A stretch of 63,543 nt of DNA, the filler included. It is 8 parts of 8 records of this genome, joined end to end, with 100 filler letters (N's around TTAATTAATTAA, not from the genome) between each part and the next. Parts side by side here need not be neighbours in the genome. Positions count along the whole stretch, not along the records: positions 36,256 to 42,101 come from SRR20825010_3513; positions 42,202 to 47,445 come from SRR20825010_3514; positions 47,546 to 58,070 come from SRR20825010_3521; 5 more parts are not named here. One strand, 5' to 3'. Position 1 is the first letter of the stretch. Each line of letters starts with the position of its first letter. The position numbers and the translations under genes were made by a program. The notes below the pieces were generated by a model that did not search any database, was not told the origin of the DNA, and was given only the letters and a program-made list of their open reading frames with translations. Below, one piece after another: positions 38,487-47,708 of the stretch.

Positions 38487-38519
38487 AATGCGAATTGAAT
38501 GCGAATGTATATTCGCATT
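38487..38519. promoter_or_regulatory. probable TetR operator
   Basis: AATGCGAAT-GTAT-ATTCGCATT perfect inverted repeat (38498-38519) plus an extra AATGCGAAT half-site at 38487. Confidence 0.75.
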
Positions 38520-38557
38520 ATGTTTCCGGCCAATGCAAGCACACTGTGGAGGCCGAC

Positions 38558-39796
38558 ATGACGGCTCAGGCACATATCAAGGCGATTCCTCACCGGGCCC
38601 GCCCGTTCGAGAAAACCCAGCAACCCACGCCGGCACTGTTGCGCAAGCTGCTGGGCCGTGATCTTGCCCCCAGCCGCGACGAATTCAGCGCGGTGCTGGA
38701 CGCGCTCAATGTGGGTGATCCCGCCATGGATTCACTGGTTGACTGGATGATGGATTATGGCCCCCGTGAGTCCCGGGCGTTGTTTGAAACTGCCATTACC
38801 GAGGGCCTGGCGGCGGTTCCGGATTGCCCGGAACCGTTGTGGCTGTTTATCAAAAGCCTGGAAAGGCGCCCGGCCTGGGTTGATTTTGACTTGATTGACG
38901 AGGGGGCCCGCTTTATCCACTCCACCGGTATGACCGCCCCCTATGTCCTGCGAGACCTGGCGCTGATGGGGGGGTATCTGCTGTCCGGTTTCAACCAGTC
39001 GCTGGTGCTCACGGGGGCGCTTAACCAGGGGGCGTCACGACGCATTGCGGAAACCGGAAAGTGGTGGATCGATTGCACTGAAGAAGGCGGGCTGAAACGT
39101 TTCGGCGCCGGTTTCCGTGGCACCTTGCATGTGCGTCTGGTGCATTCGTTGGTGCGCCGCAACCTGGCAGCCCGTGAGGAATGGGATGCGGACCAGTGGG
39201 GGTTGCCCCTGAGTCAGGTGGATATGGTGGCCACCTATCTGGGGTTCTGTGTGGTGATGCTGGGCGGGCTGCGCAAGATGGGGGTGCCGGTGACACCGCG
39301 TGAATCCCGTGCGGTGATGCATCTGTGGAAATACACCTGCTGGCTGATGGGGGTGGATGAAACGTGGCTGGTGGACCGCGAACAGGACGGCATCGTGCTG
39401 TTGCACCACACCCTGATGACCCAGAGCAAACCGGATTGGACCAGTCAGGAATTGGGCAAGGCCCTGGCGGCAGAACCCCTGGAGCGTCACTTCAAGCGGT
39501 TTGAATCCCTGCGCCGCAAGCTCGCTTACCAGAAACACCTGAGCGTCAGCCGGTACTTCCTGAGCCGCGACAAGATGGAACAGCTGGGTCTGCCCGGATC
39601 CATATCGGCCTGGTACCCGCTGGCTACCTTGCTGCCACGGCTGGTTTCGTTCAGTTGCCAGCGCTACCTGCCGGGCCTGCGCCAATGGCAATGCAAGCAG
39701 GGGCGGGCTGCACAGCGCAAGGTGCTGGCGCAAATGTTTGGTGAGGCAAAACAGGATCTTATTCGACCGGATGCCAACCATCCGGGGCACGCCTGA
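38558..39796 (+). CDS. MpaB/Lcp (DUF2236) family heme oxygenase
   Basis: GDPAMD, RRIAET, HVRLVHSLVR, WGLP..Q.DM, HLWKY..WLMGV; GGAGG RBS before ATG 38558. Confidence 0.85.
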   Translation: MTAQAHIKAIPHRARPFEKTQQPTPALLRKLLGRDLAPSRDEFSAVLDALNVGDPAMDSLVDWMMDYGPRESRALFETAITEGLAAVPDCPEPLWLFIKSLERRPAWVDFDLIDEGARFIHSTGMTAPYVLRDLALMGGYLLSGFNQSLVLTGALNQGASRRIAETGKWWIDCTEEGGLKRFGAGFRGTLHVRLVHSLVRRNLAAREEWDADQWGLPLSQVDMVATYLGFCVVMLGGLRKMGVPVTPRESRAVMHLWKYTCWLMGVDETWLVDREQDGIVLLHHTLMTQSKPDWTSQELGKALAAEPLERHFKRFESLRRKLAYQKHLSVSRYFLSRDKMEQLGLPGSISAWYPLATLLPRLVSFSCQRYLPGLRQWQCKQGRAAQRKVLAQMFGEAKQDLIRPDANHPGHA

Positions 39797-39835
39797 GGGC
39801 GACGACTTAACGGATTGACCAGAAAGGAAATCAGC

Positions 39836-40702
39836 ATGAGTGAAGTACAAGCGAAAACGGTTTTTATCACCGGGGCATCTTCCGGCATCGGTTATGCCAC
39901 GGCGCATTTTTTCCAACGCAAGGGCTGGAACGTAGTGGCGACCCTGCGCCAGCCGGATCAGGCTGAGGCGCTGGCGGCCTTGCCTCGGGTGTTGTGCCTG
40001 CGACTGGATGTTAATGATCGGGCCAGCATCCATGCTGCGGTGGAAAAGGCCATCGCGCATTTTGGTGGCATTGATGTGTTGGTGAACAATGCGGGGTACG
40101 GCTTGATGGGGGCGTTTGAAACCCTCGATGAAGCGCAGATTATTCGCCAGTTCGATACCAACGTGTTCGGCCTGATGGAAACCTGTCGGGCTGTGTTGCC
40201 GCATTTTCGCGAGCGTAAAAAAGGCACCCTGGTGAATGTGGCCAGCATGGTGGGGCGCGTACCGTTGCCGCTTTACAGCGTTTACAACGCCAGCAAATGG
40301 GCGGTGGAAGGGTTTACCGAAGGGCTGGTCTATGAGTTGTGCCCGTTGGGTATCGGGGTGAAGATCATTGAACCGGGGGCAGTGAATACGGCGTTCTTTG
40401 GTCGCTCGGCAGACCGGGATAATCGCACCGGGGTCAGCACCTACGATCAGTATGCCAAAGCCCAGTTTGGGGTAATGGACAAGACCGGGCCGGGCGGTTC
40501 CACCCCGGAAGATGCAGCGAAGGTGATTTACAAGGCCGCTAACGATTCCAGCCAACGGCTGCGCTATAGCGTGGGTGCGGATGCGCGCATGTTGTTGCTG
40601 GCACGCCGGCTACTGCCGGAAACCTTATTCCGCGCCATGATTCGTATGAGTCTGTCGGAAAAGGCGTTCAATAGTGTGGGCAAACTGCTCTACAAGTCTT
40701 GA
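39836..40702 (+). CDS. short-chain dehydrogenase/reductase
   Basis: TGASSGIG, NNAG, YNASK. Confidence 0.93.
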   Translation: MSEVQAKTVFITGASSGIGYATAHFFQRKGWNVVATLRQPDQAEALAALPRVLCLRLDVNDRASIHAAVEKAIAHFGGIDVLVNNAGYGLMGAFETLDEAQIIRQFDTNVFGLMETCRAVLPHFRERKKGTLVNVASMVGRVPLPLYSVYNASKWAVEGFTEGLVYELCPLGIGVKIIEPGAVNTAFFGRSADRDNRTGVSTYDQYAKAQFGVMDKTGPGGSTPEDAAKVIYKAANDSSQRLRYSVGADARMLLLARRLLPETLFRAMIRMSLSEKAFNSVGKLLYKS

Positions 40703-40756
40703 ATTTGGCGTGTCGTGTTGCATGCAGCGTGAAGCGTGTGGTGGCCACCGAGTGGC

Positions 40757-40882
40757 AAAAAAATGGCCGTCGGGGGTGACGGCCTTAAGGGGGGAAATCA
40801 ACGGGTCCATGTGGACCCGGGGGTATAACCACAGAGTGAGCGCAATGTGATTGGGTGGCTGAAGGTGGTTCTCCTCAGCGAT
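40757..40882 (-). ncRNA. candidate orphan sRNA with three hairpins and an intrinsic terminator
   Basis: -10 TATACT (40894-40889); hairpins GCTGAGG/CCTTCAGC, CGGGTCCA/TGGACCCG and GGCCGTC-ACCCCC-GACGGCC followed by A-T7. Confidence 0.55.
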
Positions 40883-41122
40883 GAGATAAGTATAGGGTGT
40901 GTCCGCCGACCAACCCACGGGAATGGCTCGACCGGTTTGATCAGATTTATTGATCAATGGGCGGAGCAGGGAGATTCAGGGCACGCTCCGGTAATTCGTG
41001 TTACCCGGAACGCATGGAGCCCGGGCTTTTCAGATTTTGAATGAACGCGTCAATCGTCGGGTATCCGGCGTCCAGTGGTTGCCCGTGTTGCGTTATGCGT
41101 GAGGCGTGTTGCGGTTCTTGAT

Positions 41123-41728
41123 TCAGACCAGTGACTTGCGCATGCGGTGCCGGGGCAGGCGCACGCCATCGCGTTCGGCGTCTTCCTGGCCTTCGCTGGT
41201 GAACCCCATAAAATGGAAAAAGTCGTGGGCCGTGAGGCTGGCGTGGGCGTTGAGTTCGGTGATGCCTTCTACCCGCGCGCTGTCTTCCAGGTGCTGGTAA
41301 AGCAGCGTGGCAATGCCCACGCGGCTGGCATCCGGGTGTACGAAGACCATATTGATATAGCCATTGACCCGGTGAGCAAAACCCACCAGCGCGTCGTCCC
41401 ATTCGGCGACCACGGCTTCCCCTTCACTGAGGGCCGAAATCAGGCTCTCGTGACTTTGGGCCCGGCTCCAGGCGTCCCGTTGTTGCTGGTCGTATTGGTC
41501 GGCGGCGCTGATTTGGATGGCCTCGCGGAACACTCCCAGCAGTTCACCCAGGTCAGCGCTTTCCAATGGTCGAATCTGGAAGGGCAGAAACAGGGCCAGA
41601 GGATTGTCAACGGCGTCGGTGGCGTCGTTCCCTGCCGGGGTTGGCGGTGCTGCCGGTGTTATCACGACGGCCGGCTTGGCGGGCCGGTGGGTGCGGCGGA
41701 ACAGTCGTTGCAGCCATTGTCCAATCAT
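41123..41728 (-). CDS. GNAT-family acetyltransferase (YafP-like)
   Basis: Y..QQRDAW, FVHPD..RVGIAT, AS..A..FF...GF. Confidence 0.85.
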   Translation of the reverse strand: MIGQWLQRLFRRTHRPAKPAVVITPAAPPTPAGNDATDAVDNPLALFLPFQIRPLESADLGELLGVFREAIQISAADQYDQQQRDAWSRAQSHESLISALSEGEAVVAEWDDALVGFAHRVNGYINMVFVHPDASRVGIATLLYQHLEDSARVEGITELNAHASLTAHDFFHFMGFTSEGQEDAERDGVRLPRHRMRKSLV

Positions 41729-42012
41729 GGCGGGGTGCCTGCCGGGTTGGCGGGGGCGGATGCTTTATCTGAGGCTTTCATCGCCTGAATCTGGGCGCGC
41801 AGGGCGTCCAGGTATTGTTCCTGCTGATCCAGCAGCTCGCGGGTGGTTTCCTGTTGGGCTTGCAGTTCGCTGGCTCGTGCTTCCAGCTCCTGCTGTTCGC
41901 GCAGGCGTGCATCCCGTTGTTCTGCCGTTAGCAGATCCGCGTCGCTGGTTTGCGATTGGCCGATGGCCTGACTGCCCAGCAGGCAGAACAGAAAAGTGAA
42001 GACGATACGCAC
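41725..42012 (-). CDS. small secreted coiled-coil hypothetical protein
   Basis: Signal-peptide-like N-terminus, Q/E-rich helix; overlaps the GNAT start (ATGA). Confidence 0.65.
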   Translation of the reverse strand: MRIVFTFLFCLLGSQAIGQSQTSDADLLTAEQRDARLREQQELEARASELQAQQETTRELLDQQEQYLDALRAQIQAMKASDKASAPANPAGTPP

Positions 42013-42071
42013 GGAGTTCCCCGAAACCCGGTGTGGAAGACAGTCAGCATAGCAAAAACCGGGCGAGGGGT

Positions 42072-42101
42072 GCTACGAGCTACGAGCTACGAGCTACGAG
42101 C
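42072..42101 (+). repeat. heptamer tandem repeat (GCTACGA)4+ running into the contig end
   Basis: Read directly. Confidence 0.9.
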
Positions 42102-42201
42102 NNNNNNNNNNNNNNNNNNNNNNNNNNNNNNNNNNNNNNNNNNNNTTAATTAATTAANNNNNNNNNNNNNNNNNNNNNNNNNNNNNNNNNNNNNNNNNNN
42201 N
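42102..42201. other. artificial contig spacer
   Basis: N44-TTAATTAATTAA-N44. Confidence 0.98.
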
Positions 42202-42264
42202 GCACGCTTTTTCGTAATACCTATAGAATACTGCCCTTTTCGTCAGGTATTGTCATTATAATTT

Positions 42265-43056
42265 ATGAAAAGAATCCTCGGATCACTTACTCTTCTTATT
42301 TTTCTTACCCTCTCTGATTTATCAGCACAGGGTTCAGCAGGTATCACTCCATTTACTTTTGGAGAGGAGTTATCCTTTGAGGTTTCCTATGGATGGCTAA
42401 ATCTTGCTGATGCAAAAATGCAAATCTCTAGAAGGCCACAAGAACAGAACGACAAATCACACTATAAAATAGATGTGTATGGCAAGACAAAAGGCGCTGC
42501 TACGATATTCGGAAAAGTAAATGACAACTGGGGGACCTACCTCGATGTAGAAACGAATTTACCCTCCTTGTCCTATAGGCATATTGAAGAGGGAAAATAC
42601 AGAAAGCATGAATTTGTGCACTTCGATCAGAAGAACAAAAAAGCGACAATGAAGCTTTTTGATAAAGAGAATAAAAACCTAAAAGAGACCAAGGATTTTG
42701 ATTTACCTGGACAGGTGCAAGATTTAGTCAGTGGTTTTTATTACCTCAGAACTCAAGATTTACGAGGATTAAAGAAGGGAGAAAGCATAGAAATCAAGGG
42801 ATTCTTCGATAAAGAAATATATAACATAAAGTTAATCTACGAGGGAACAGAAACACTGGACACGAACCTTGGCAAGAAAGAAACATACATCTTCTCCCCT
42901 CAGCTACCCAAAAACAAACTATTCCGCGGAGAATTCCCTGTGACGGTGTGGGTCACAAAGGATCAGAACAAAATCCCTGTGAAAATCAAAGCAAATCTCT
43001 TCATCGGCTCATTGAATTTGGACATCGTTTCAGCAAAGGGATTAAAAAACAATTAA
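42265..43056 (+). CDS. DUF3108 family exported protein
   Basis: Signal peptide, GEEL.F.VSYG, QDLVSGFYYLR, WVT.D.NKIPV. Confidence 0.8.
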   Translation: MKRILGSLTLLIFLTLSDLSAQGSAGITPFTFGEELSFEVSYGWLNLADAKMQISRRPQEQNDKSHYKIDVYGKTKGAATIFGKVNDNWGTYLDVETNLPSLSYRHIEEGKYRKHEFVHFDQKNKKATMKLFDKENKNLKETKDFDLPGQVQDLVSGFYYLRTQDLRGLKKGESIEIKGFFDKEIYNIKLIYEGTETLDTNLGKKETYIFSPQLPKNKLFRGEFPVTVWVTKDQNKIPVKIKANLFIGSLNLDIVSAKGLKNN

Positions 43057-43068
43057 TTCAAAACTTCA

Positions 43069-43087
43069 TAACATAGCCGTAACATAG
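43069..43087 (+). promoter_or_regulatory. OmpR/PhoB-type direct repeat TAACATAG with 11-bp period
   Basis: TAACATAG at 43069 and 43080, upstream of the response regulator. Confidence 0.45.
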
Positions 43088-43207
43088 TGCTGTGTTTGCC
43101 AAATAATCCTATCCTTTTCATGGAAGTGAATGATCGTTGACAATCTTTTATTTGGCTTCAATCCTTAAATATTCCTTAATTTTAAGCCAAACATTAAGAA
43201 ATCACTG

Positions 43208-43900
43208 ATGAGCGATAAGCAAAAAATCAAAGTTCTGGTAGTTGACGATGAACCTGATATTGTTGAAATCCTGAAATACAATCTTGTAAAGGAAGGCTAC
43301 GAAGTAGCAACTGCAGAAGATGGACTGAAAGCAGTAAAGACTGCTGCAAAATTTTTACCCGACGTGATTTTACTTGACATCATGATGCCTAATCAGGATG
43401 GGGTAGAAACTTGTCTTCAGATACGTCAAATCCCAGAACTCAAAAACACCTTTATTATCTTCCTTACCGCACGTATGGAAGAATATTCTGAAGTGGCTGC
43501 ATTTGATGTGGGAGCGGATGATTACATCACTAAACCTATCAAGCCAAGAGCGCTGATGAGCAGGATTTCAGCCTTGTTCAGACGTGAATCCAAGAAAGAG
43601 CAAGAGCAGATCCAAATCAAGATCAAAGACCTGATTATTGACCGTGGCAGCTATACAATTGACAAAGCTGGCAAGACTATCACTTTGCCTAAGAAAGAAT
43701 TTGAGCTTTTGTATTTCCTAGCCAAAAACCCTAATATAGTTTTCAGTAGAGACGAACTTCTTCAGAATATCTGGGGCGCGGACGTATTTGTATTGGCGAG
43801 AACCGTCGATGTCCATATCAGAAAAGTGCGTGAGAAAATCGGAGAAGACTATATCACTACTGTTAAAGGTGTAGGCTATAAATTCGAATTAGGGCAATAA
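43208..43900 (+). CDS. OmpR/PhoB-family response regulator (PhoP-like)
   Basis: VVDDE, LLDIMMP, GADDYITKP, RTVDVHIRKVR. Confidence 0.92.
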   Translation: MSDKQKIKVLVVDDEPDIVEILKYNLVKEGYEVATAEDGLKAVKTAAKFLPDVILLDIMMPNQDGVETCLQIRQIPELKNTFIIFLTARMEEYSEVAAFDVGADDYITKPIKPRALMSRISALFRRESKKEQEQIQIKIKDLIIDRGSYTIDKAGKTITLPKKEFELLYFLAKNPNIVFSRDELLQNIWGADVFVLARTVDVHIRKVREKIGEDYITTVKGVGYKFELGQ

Positions 43901-44977
43901 ATGTTTACCACTTCCAGAGGAATTTCTTTAATCCTGGCTTTAGCCATTTCGGCTCTGGTTGCGGCTTTTTTGTCATTAATGGATGAATCCACTCCCATTC
44001 TGCTCTTTGTGGCTTGGGGTGTTTCTTTTTCATCTGCTTACCTGCTGATCTCATTCATGCTAGAGTTTTTGATCTTCAAGGAGATTGGAGATATCTATTC
44101 CCTGATGGAAAAGATCCAGCGAAAAGATCTGTCTGAAATCAGCGAAAAGGGTAGAAAAGGTTCTATTTCTCCCCTGCGGAAAATCAACAAAGTCATCAAT
44201 TCCTATGCGATTGCGCGTCAAAAAGAAATTGACACGCTACAGAAAAATGCTGAGTTTAGAAGGGAATTCATCGCGGATATTTCGCACGAGCTAAAGACTC
44301 CTATTTTCGCCACTCAAGGCTACATACATACGCTTTTGGATGGAGCAATAGACGACAAACAAGTTCGGATGAGATTCTTGAAACGTGCAGCCAAAAGCTT
44401 GGATTCTCTGGACATCCTAGTTCAGGACCTCCTTACGCTGAACCAGATGGAAAGTGGTGTAATCAAATTTAATTTCACCGAATTTGACCTTCAAGATCTC
44501 TTAGAAGAGGTAATGGAGGAGCTGGAACACAAAGCTTCCAAGCGGGAAATGCATATCAAATTCGACATAGAGCCTAATAAGCATTACTTGACTACTGGCG
44601 ATAGGCAGAAAATCTATCGGGTGTGCCAAAACCTAATTTTCAACGCCATGAAGTACAATCATAATGGCGGAGAGGTGAATATTACTCTTAAAACATTGAA
44701 AAACACGATTCAGGTGGACGTCAAAGATGATGGACAGGGAATTCCTCCGGAAGATTTAAAACGGATTTTCGAACGTTTTTACCGTGTCGAAAAAAGCCGA
44801 TCCAAGGAAAAAGGCGGAACAGGCTTAGGATTAGCTATCGTAAAGCATATTCTGGAGGGACACAAAAGCAAAATATCGGTGAGCTCTACTGTGGGTAAAG
44901 GATCTGTTTTCAGCTTTTCACTTCCTTTAGTGAAAATCGACTCCCCAGAAGAAAAGCTTAAAGTGGTAACTCTCTAA
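43901..44977 (+). CDS. sensor histidine kinase (PhoR-like)
   Basis: SHELKTP, NAMKY, DDGQGI, FYRVEKSRS, GTGLGLAIVKH. Confidence 0.92.
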   Translation: MFTTSRGISLILALAISALVAAFLSLMDESTPILLFVAWGVSFSSAYLLISFMLEFLIFKEIGDIYSLMEKIQRKDLSEISEKGRKGSISPLRKINKVINSYAIARQKEIDTLQKNAEFRREFIADISHELKTPIFATQGYIHTLLDGAIDDKQVRMRFLKRAAKSLDSLDILVQDLLTLNQMESGVIKFNFTEFDLQDLLEEVMEELEHKASKREMHIKFDIEPNKHYLTTGDRQKIYRVCQNLIFNAMKYNHNGGEVNITLKTLKNTIQVDVKDDGQGIPPEDLKRIFERFYRVEKSRSKEKGGTGLGLAIVKHILEGHKSKISVSSTVGKGSVFSFSLPLVKIDSPEEKLKVVTL

Positions 44978-45055
44978 TAATAAAAGTCAGAGAAGTTTTT
45001 TACCCATCCTTTTTTCCCTACTTTTGCAGCCTCATTTGAAGAGGCAGGAGAATCC

Positions 45056-45766
45056 ATGAAGAAAGTAGATTTTGAGAATCTTATTCTGTTTGACAACGAG
45101 GATTACCTGGTAATCAATAAACCGCCGTACCTATCAAGCTTAGACGATAGGCACGAAGCGCAGAACATCCTAGACTTAGCCAAGACACACATCCCCGATT
45201 CCCAACTGTGTCATCGATTGGATAAGGAAACTTCAGGATGTCTAGTGATTGCCAAGAATCCAGCGGCCTACAGGCATTTGGCCATGCAGTTTGAAAGCAG
45301 AAAAGTAAACAAAGTCTATCATGCAGTGGTGGAAGGGATCAAGGAATTCAGCAATGAGCTGGTAGACCGAAATCTCTTAGCCAACAACAAAGGAATCGCC
45401 AAAGTAAGTAAAGACGGCAAGCCAGCGCAAACGATTTTCAATACGTTGAAGACCTATTACGCTCATACCTTAGTCGAGTGCAAACCTATCACTGGGAGAC
45501 TGCATCAGATACGGGTTCATTTGGCTTACCTGAAGTCGCCCATTTGTGGAGACACCTTATACGGAGGCAACCCTTTATACCTTTCTTCTATCAAGCGTCG
45601 CTTCAATTTAAAAAAAGAGACAGAAGAATTACCAATTATGCAGCGAGTTTCGCTTCATGCTTATTCGATTGGATTTAAAGGTTTGGACGACACGGAAATA
45701 TTCGTGAATGCGCCTTATCCGAAGGATTTCAAGGTTTTGGTCACTCAGTTAGAGAAAACCAGCTAA
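45056..45766 (+). CDS. RluA-family pseudouridine synthase
   Basis: INKP, HRLDKETSG, TGRLHQIRVH; Bacteroidota -7 element TACTTTTG at 45019. Confidence 0.92.
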   Translation: MKKVDFENLILFDNEDYLVINKPPYLSSLDDRHEAQNILDLAKTHIPDSQLCHRLDKETSGCLVIAKNPAAYRHLAMQFESRKVNKVYHAVVEGIKEFSNELVDRNLLANNKGIAKVSKDGKPAQTIFNTLKTYYAHTLVECKPITGRLHQIRVHLAYLKSPICGDTLYGGNPLYLSSIKRRFNLKKETEELPIMQRVSLHAYSIGFKGLDDTEIFVNAPYPKDFKVLVTQLEKTS

Positions 45767-45859
45767 GAATTCCAGATCGAAAAACAGCCAGGAAAACCTG
45801 GTTTTGATTGGTAGTAAAAAGCTAATCCTGTGAAAATTAGGACTTAGTATTGGAAATAT

Positions 45860-45891
45860 TTTGCATCCAAAACAAAATACTCCTATCTTTG
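45860..45891 (+). promoter_or_regulatory. Bacteroidota housekeeping promoter (-33 TTTG, -7 TATCTTTG) for the rplM operon
   Basis: Matches the TTTG...TAnnTTTG consensus. Confidence 0.7.
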
Positions 45892-45947
45892 TGTCCCTTT
45901 TTGAGGGTGAAATAAATTTAACAAGCTAAATATTAAACAGTTACACA

Positions 45948-46391
45948 GTGGATACTTTGAGCTATAAGACCGTATCAGCCAATGCCGCAACTGTAGAAAA
46001 GCAATGGGTGGTAGTGGATGCCCAAGCTGCAGTTTTAGGTAGATTGGCTAGTGAGGTAGCGAAAATCTTAAGAGGTAAGACGAAGCCAAGCTTCACTCCT
46101 CACGTTGATTGTGGTGACAACGTCATTGTAATCAATACAGACAAAATCAGACTAACTGGTGACAAGTGGGACTCCAAAGTTTATGTGAGACACACAGGTT
46201 ATCCAGGTGGACAGCGTATTTCTACGCCAAGATTATTGAAAGAGAAATCTTCAACGATCTTGATCGAGAAAGCTGTACGAGGCATGTTGCCTAAAAACAG
46301 ATTGGGAAGAAAATTATACGGCAACTTGTACGTGTATGAAGGATCTGAGCATCCTCATGCAGCGCAAATGCCTAAAGCCATCACTCTTTAA
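45948..46391 (+). CDS. rplM: 50S ribosomal protein L13
   Basis: LGRLAS, TPHVDCGD, AVRGMLPKN. Confidence 0.98.
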   Translation: MDTLSYKTVSANAATVEKQWVVVDAQAAVLGRLASEVAKILRGKTKPSFTPHVDCGDNVIVINTDKIRLTGDKWDSKVYVRHTGYPGGQRISTPRLLKEKSSTILIEKAVRGMLPKNRLGRKLYGNLYVYEGSEHPHAAQMPKAITL

Positions 46392-46402
46392 TCGTCTATT
46401 TC

Positions 46403-46789
46403 ATGGAAATGATCAACAAAATCGGTAGAAGAAAAACCTCTGTAGCCAGAATTTACATGGCTCCAGGAAATGGTACTATCACCGTAAACAATCGTTCTTT
46501 GGAAGTTTACTTCCCATTCGATCTACACCAGATCGTAGTGAAGCAGCCATTAGCCCTAGTAGGCGTGGATGGTAACTACGACATCAAGATCAACGTAGAC
46601 GGCGGCGGAATCAAAGGTCAGGCAGAAGCAGCCCGTATGGCTATCTCCAGAGCTTTGTGCGAATTCGACATCGAACACAGACCTGCCTTGAAAAAAGAAG
46701 GTTTCCTTACTCGTGATCCAAGAATGGTAGAACGTAAGAAGCCAGGACGTAGAAAAGCAAGAAGAAAATTCCAGTTCTCTAAACGTTAA
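46403..46789 (+). CDS. rpsI: 30S ribosomal protein S9
   Basis: GRRKTSVAR, ERKKPG, QFSKR. Confidence 0.98.
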   Translation: MEMINKIGRRKTSVARIYMAPGNGTITVNNRSLEVYFPFDLHQIVVKQPLALVGVDGNYDIKINVDGGGIKGQAEAARMAISRALCEFDIEHRPALKKEGFLTRDPRMVERKKPGRRKARRKFQFSKR

Positions 46790-46829
46790 TCTGGAGATTC
46801 CTCCTTATATAAGAAAAACACATTTTATA

Positions 46830-47445
46830 ATGGCAAAATTAGAATATAAAGACTTACTAGATGCTGGTGTTCACTTCGGACACTTGACGAGAAAGTGGGA
46901 TCCAAGAATGTCTCCATACATTTTCATGGAGAGAAATGGTATCCACATTATCGATCTTAACAAAACGCTTGTATGCCTCGACGAAGCATCTAACGCAATC
47001 AAGCAAATCGTACGTTCAGGCAAAAAGGTGATGTTCGTTGCTACTAAAAAGCAAGCGAAAGATCTAGTAGCTACTGAAGCGAAGAGACTTAACATGCCTT
47101 TCGTAACTGAAAGATGGTTAGGTGGTATGATGACCAACTTCGCTACTATCCGTAAATCATTGAAGAAAATGTCCGGTTTGGACAAATTGATGAAAGAGGA
47201 AGCTTACAAGAACCTTGCGAAGAAAGAGCGTTTGATGGTTTCACGTCAGAAAGACAAAATGGAAGATGTTCTTGGCGGTATCGCTGACTTGAGCAGACTA
47301 CCTGCTGCACTTTTCATCGTGGACATCAAAAGAGAACACATCGCAATTGCTGAAGCAAAAAAGCTTGGTATCCCTGTTTTCGCATTAGTTGATACGAACT
47401 CTAACCCAAATGAGGTAGATTTCCCAATCCCAGCTAATGATGATG
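46830..47445 (+). CDS. rpsB: 30S ribosomal protein S2 (3' truncated)
   Basis: LLDAGVHFGH, RWLGG, IPANDD. Confidence 0.98.
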
Positions 47446-47545
47446 NNNNNNNNNNNNNNNNNNNNNNNNNNNNNNNNNNNNNNNNNNNNTTAATTAATTA
47501 ANNNNNNNNNNNNNNNNNNNNNNNNNNNNNNNNNNNNNNNNNNNN
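47446..47545. other. artificial contig spacer
   Basis: N44-TTAATTAATTAA-N44. Confidence 0.98.
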
Positions 47546-47655
47546 GGGAGTGCAAATATCTACCTTTTATTCTTAGGAGCAATAGAAATGTTAGAGATTT
47601 AACTCGTTTTGACATAAAGCACTGATAGAGACGGGGAAAAGTTTCCACAAAATAT

Positions 47656-47688
47656 AAATGCCCTGATGACTCAATCATCAGGGCATTT
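47656..47688 (-). terminator. stem-loop/terminator downstream of the DUF1080 genes
   Basis: AAATGCCCTGATGA-ctcaa-TCATCAGGGCATTT, 14-bp stem. Confidence 0.75.
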
Positions 47689-47708
47689 CATCTATAGCTT
47701 TTGGCCTA

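Noticed and set aside
39035..40555. 506-aa minus-strand ORF
   Set aside because: Antisense shadow of the oxygenase and SDR genes; no recognisable motifs
40937..40957. Possible FNR box
   Set aside because: TTGAT and ATCAA are 11 nt apart rather than 4; kept only as an unassigned inverted repeat
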